In this document: one piece after another, positions 27,224 through 30,566 of the stretch | How the letters are laid out: every line of letters begins with the position of its first letter | Numbering within the stretch: the first letter of the stretch is position 1 | IMG/VR virus record: IMGVR_UViG_3300030095_003983 | Span: 1 to 30,566 of that record | Source: a virus | Lineage: Duplodnaviria > Caudoviricetes | Reading direction: 5' to 3' (one strand) | DNA: 30,566 nt | The notes under the pieces: model-generated | Seen by the model: only the letters and a program-made list of their open reading frames with translations | Told to the model about the DNA's origin: nothing | The model's database searches: none | Translations under genes and position numbers: made by a program

Positions 27224-29273
27224 TTTCAAAAAAATACTCAACGAGTTAAGTTATAGAGTTTCAACAGGGATTCCAGACCTAACTAACGAACAACACTTAA
27301 TAAAATTGTGGGACATTTTAAAAGAACACAATTGGAATATTGATGCTCGTGTAGAATTATTAAAGAATTTAGATGAAATGTCTATCGTTAAGAATAAAAA
27401 AAGTGGTAATGTTTATCCAGTAAAAAAATTCAAACCACAAACTCAAACCATTGTTAAAAAGAATGCAACCAAAGATGATATTGAAAAAGCAAAACAAGGT
27501 GCAGGTGAAGATGAGTTTGATACATCTGATACACCACAAGAAGAACCAAAAGAATCAGAAAAAAATAAAGACTTGAAAACAGACATTAAGTTTGATGAAG
27601 AAAATGCACCAGAGTCAGTTAAAGAAGACAATGACCCAACAGATGAGGAGTTCGCTAAAGATAAAGATATCAAGCCACAAGAATTTGACCCAAATGAAAT
27701 AGAAGTTGGTGGAAAAAAAGTTAAATTACCAGTAACCGAAGAATCTTTGAATGGTATTTTTGGACAACCACCTTATAAATTTCCTAAGAAATATATGAAC
27801 ACATTAACGAGAATATTAAATACTCAAAAAACAGGTGAATACGACCCTAACATTAAAAAATTTACTTCAAAAGCTGGTGGTGGACAAGTTTCAGCCCAAG
27901 CTTCTGAACTACTAACTATGATGAGTTCAACCTTATCAGATAAAGAGTCAGGTGAATTATTTGAATTATTAGGAAAAACATCTGAAGCTGCAGGTGGGAG
28001 ACAAATTTTAGATAAGAGTTGGATAGAAGCGTCAAAAGCTATGAGAGATTCTACTTTAGCAAATGTAAAAGAAATACACGGAGATGATGCGGTAGTTGAA
28101 TTTGGTGGTTGGGATATTAAAGAGGATGTTGAAGACGGAATAGGTATGTCTGATTACGCTAATGACAAAGGGTTTTCCACCGATACATACTTTAGAGTCA
28201 AAAAGTCTGATGGTAGTGTTGCTATTTCTGAAATGTCTAATAAAAAAGATTTAGATGTAAACTTAGGACAACCAAGTGCTGCAGATACAGAGGACAGAAT
28301 GCTTGAAGCAGGTAGAGAAGTTAAAGAAAGTAGACGAGTAAAGAATTTTACTAAGAACGCGGAAAAACGTTCAAGAGATAGATTAAAATCAGTAGATGAA
28401 AGTGATATAGAAGTTCTTGATAAAATGGATAAAATGAACGATAAACAACTTGTAAAACATTTGTCTAAATTACCATCATCAATCAGAAGATTATTACTAC
28501 AAGGTTCACCACCAGACTATGATTTAAAAAAATCCGGTGGAAAGCAACTTGCAAGACAATTCTTACAAATGAGAAACATACCTTTACCTTGGGATACATC
28601 TAATAAAGAATTTACAAAAAAAGCAAAAGAATTAGGATTCCCATTAGGAACTCAAAAGGGTGCTAATAAGTCTGCAATATTTATGAGTTATTTACAATAC
28701 GCAGACGAACTGAACAATGGAGTTGAAAACGGAAAAGGTTTTGAATTTATACATAATCAAGTAGGTGTCATAGGTAAAGAACCATTTCCAGAGGGTTCTC
28801 AAAGAGATGTTCAGAATAACTTCGTTGACAATATGGGTGAAGAAGAGTCGAGACCAATTGTGTTAGACACCATTAAAGAAAAACTACCTTTGAAATCATT
28901 AATGGAAGGTGAAGAATCTATGGCATTAGGTAGTAATAGACTATCACCAGATGTATGTCAAGAGTTATTTGGAACAACAGACTATAATAAGGTAACACAA
29001 AATCTAAAAGTTAAAACTGATAAAGATGGAAATCGTTTCTTAACATATAGTGTTGAAATAGATGGTGAGAAAAAAGAAGTGGATATAGCACAATTAAAAG
29101 CTCGTGGAAAAGGAAATGGATATACATCTATATCATTAGAAATGTCAATGGCAGAGGACTTTAAACATAAAGTTCATTGTGCAAATAAAAAATCTAAAAA
29201 TCCACCAAAAAATTATACAGGTGATGAAATAAAAACAATCAAAAGACTTGAAAACAAATTTGGGAAGTGTTGA
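27213..29273 (+). CDS. large hypothetical protein
   Basis: 686-aa ORF; N-terminal ILNELSYRV..GIPDL segment, acidic linker, possible D..ExSxK motif. Confidence 0.75.
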   Translation: MKTNFKKILNELSYRVSTGIPDLTNEQHLIKLWDILKEHNWNIDARVELLKNLDEMSIVKNKKSGNVYPVKKFKPQTQTIVKKNATKDDIEKAKQGAGEDEFDTSDTPQEEPKESEKNKDLKTDIKFDEENAPESVKEDNDPTDEEFAKDKDIKPQEFDPNEIEVGGKKVKLPVTEESLNGIFGQPPYKFPKKYMNTLTRILNTQKTGEYDPNIKKFTSKAGGGQVSAQASELLTMMSSTLSDKESGELFELLGKTSEAAGGRQILDKSWIEASKAMRDSTLANVKEIHGDDAVVEFGGWDIKEDVEDGIGMSDYANDKGFSTDTYFRVKKSDGSVAISEMSNKKDLDVNLGQPSAADTEDRMLEAGREVKESRRVKNFTKNAEKRSRDRLKSVDESDIEVLDKMDKMNDKQLVKHLSKLPSSIRRLLLQGSPPDYDLKKSGGKQLARQFLQMRNIPLPWDTSNKEFTKKAKELGFPLGTQKGANKSAIFMSYLQYADELNNGVENGKGFEFIHNQVGVIGKEPFPEGSQRDVQNNFVDNMGEEESRPIVLDTIKEKLPLKSLMEGEESMALGSNRLSPDVCQELFGTTDYNKVTQNLKVKTDKDGNRFLTYSVEIDGEKKEVDIAQLKARGKGNGYTSISLEMSMAEDFKHKVHCANKKSKNPPKNYTGDEIKTIKRLENKFGKC

Positions 29274-29680
29274 TGAAAACTCAATTACTATGCACCTTTA
29301 CTTCTAAACCAAGATTAAACGATACCTTGGATATCATCATCACTTGTAATGATGTATTGTATGAAAAAGTATATGTGTTTCAAAACGAAAACGACTTAGG
29401 ACAATTAATCTGCACATACAACATAGAATACAAATACGATTACGAAGAAAGCATTATCGATACTATATCTTTACATAGAAAGAAACAAAGTAATACATTG
29501 TATACAATCAACGCATTAAACGAAGTCATCAGAGAAAAAAATGGTGGTGTGTTGGATAAATCATATATGGTGGATTGGAATGAGTTTTCCAACACACTAC
29601 TACTCACAAACGAAATGGGATTACAAAAAATCCCTACCAAAATCTATCAAATCATAGATACAACTTCTTGGAAAAAATAA
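29273..29680 (+). CDS. hypothetical phage protein
   Basis: TGATG coupling gives the start MKTQLLCTF; contains HRKKQSNTLYTINALNE. Confidence 0.75.
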   Translation: MKTQLLCTFTSKPRLNDTLDIIITCNDVLYEKVYVFQNENDLGQLICTYNIEYKYDYEESIIDTISLHRKKQSNTLYTINALNEVIREKNGGVLDKSYMVDWNEFSNTLLLTNEMGLQKIPTKIYQIIDTTSWKK

Positions 29681-29689
29681 AAAAAACAC

Positions 29690-29718
29690 TTGACATTGTC
29701 ATATTTTTTTTGTATCTT
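29690..29718 (+). promoter_or_regulatory. sigma70-type promoter TTGACA-17-TATCTT
   Basis: Perfect -35, 17-nt spacer, upstream A-tract. Confidence 0.75.
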
Positions 29719-29726
29719 AGTGTATA

Positions 29727-29939
29727 ATGATAGATAAAATAGAACAATTAATAAATACATTAGAACAAGAGATTAATGACGGATATAATACCTTACCAGA
29801 TTATCAAGCAAATAATGAAGGTAAGACTTATGTCAATGGTGCTCAAGCTACATTGTATGAATTACAAAAACAAGTAATAGAATTAAAACAAGGATTGAGA
29901 TTAGGTAAAAACTTTTCACTTCTTGGAAAAAATAATTAA
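29727..29939 (+). CDS. small hypothetical protein, probably leaderless
   Basis: 70-aa ORF; ATG 8 nt after the -10 box, no SD. Confidence 0.65.
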   Translation: MIDKIEQLINTLEQEINDGYNTLPDYQANNEGKTYVNGAQATLYELQKQVIELKQGLRLGKNFSLLGKNN

Positions 29940-29947
29940 AAAAAAGC

Positions 29948-29976
29948 TTGACATTTACATTTTTTATTAGTATATT
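29948..29976 (+). promoter_or_regulatory. sigma70-type promoter TTGACA-17-TATATT
   Basis: Near copy of the 17105-17133 promoter; followed by non-coding structured sequence. Confidence 0.8.
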
Positions 29977-29984
29977 ATAGTGTA

Positions 29985-30280
29985 AGTTATTTGACAATTA
30001 GGTAGTAAATTCATCACGGAAATCTTATCGTGTCCAACGGGGCGATGTTAACGGCGGTAAGACAGGTGGTTAGGTAAACAAACAAACAGAATCACTTTGG
30101 AAACATTGTGTGGTTTGTTCAGATATGCCGGGAGCACAAACATCAGATTAGATACTGGTCTTGGAAACTTGACTTGGAGTCTGGTGGCGAAAAACAATAG
30201 TCTGGGTATCAAGGGGTGATGAGAGAACGCGAAGATTCGATTTAGATGAAAAGGTTCGTATTTACTACCTTTGTTAAACT
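29985..30280 (+). ncRNA. putative large structured non-coding RNA of unknown family
   Basis: Own promoter; no ORF in the track; perfect 11-bp closing stem 30000-30010/30260-30270; nested stems with G-U pairs and GAAA loops; GC content above background. Confidence 0.65.
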
Positions 30281-30305
30281 TCTCAGAAAAAATTAAAAAA
30301 AAATA

Positions 30306-30330
30306 AAAAAAATCTCATTTTGAGGTTTTT
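30306..30330 (+). terminator. weak terminator-like hairpin
   Basis: aaaaatctca-ttt-tgaggttttt; overlaps a possible late promoter upstream element. Confidence 0.35.
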
Positions 30331-30369
30331 GTTTAATATATATAAATATACTAAGTAGTTTTAGTATTA

Positions 30370-30566
30370 GTTTTTTGACAATTTGGAATTGGAAAGTAGA
30401 CACACCGACGGGTGTTTCTATGGGATTGGCTGAAAAATGGGTAAGCATTAGAAGCCCATAAAGCAATCTATGACAAAGTTGTGGTGACTTGATAATTGGA
30501 AAATATTTTAATTATCTATATCGACAGATATTGTCTAATGTATTTCCGTAAAACAGACAAGATGAT
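30370..30566 (+). ncRNA. second putative structured RNA or leader (runs off the window)
   Basis: Consecutive stems tagacacacc/ggtgtttcta, gattg.gct/agcaatc enclosing atgggt/gcccat, gataatt/aattatc, ttgtct/agacaa; no ORF. Confidence 0.5.

Noticed and set aside
29991-29996. TTGACA as an additional -35 box (also at 30375)
   Set aside because: No -10 hexamer at 16-18 nt spacing; treated as boxA-like instead
29985-30280. Identification as tmRNA, RNase P RNA, tRNA or group I intron
   Set aside because: No tRNA-like ends or tag ORF, no GAGGAAAGUCC, no cloverleaf, and no interrupted host gene; an atagtc resembling the group I S element lacks the rest of the core
1-30566. Stop-codon reassignment as seen in some large phages
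   Set aside because: Genes are intact and densely packed under the standard code, and TAA, TAG and TGA are all used as stops

Overview
Low-GC window from a large T4-like myovirus genome. It carries a nearly complete virion module on the + strand: small putative head-core proteins, a phage-encoded ribosomal protein bS21, an acidic scaffold, a gp23-like capsid, neck and terminator proteins, fibre proteins, tail sheath, tail tube, chaperone, tape measure and baseplate. A compact family A DNA polymerase and hypothetical genes follow. The non-coding layer is the most interesting part: (i) a ~290-nt highly structured, promoter-driven RNA at ~29985-30280 and a second structured RNA starting at ~30370, each led by the same boxA-like 14-mer; (ii) a probable +1/-2 programmed frameshift with a GC-rich hairpin in the tail chaperone; (iii) a recurring late-promoter-like motif ATATTTAT, the reverse complement of the T4-type late box; (iv) two near-identical sigma70 expression cassettes inserted antisense between sheath and tube, with a pseudoknot-like element at their 3' end. 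Protein calls come from motif recognition and synteny, not database searches, and RNA pairings were found by eye.
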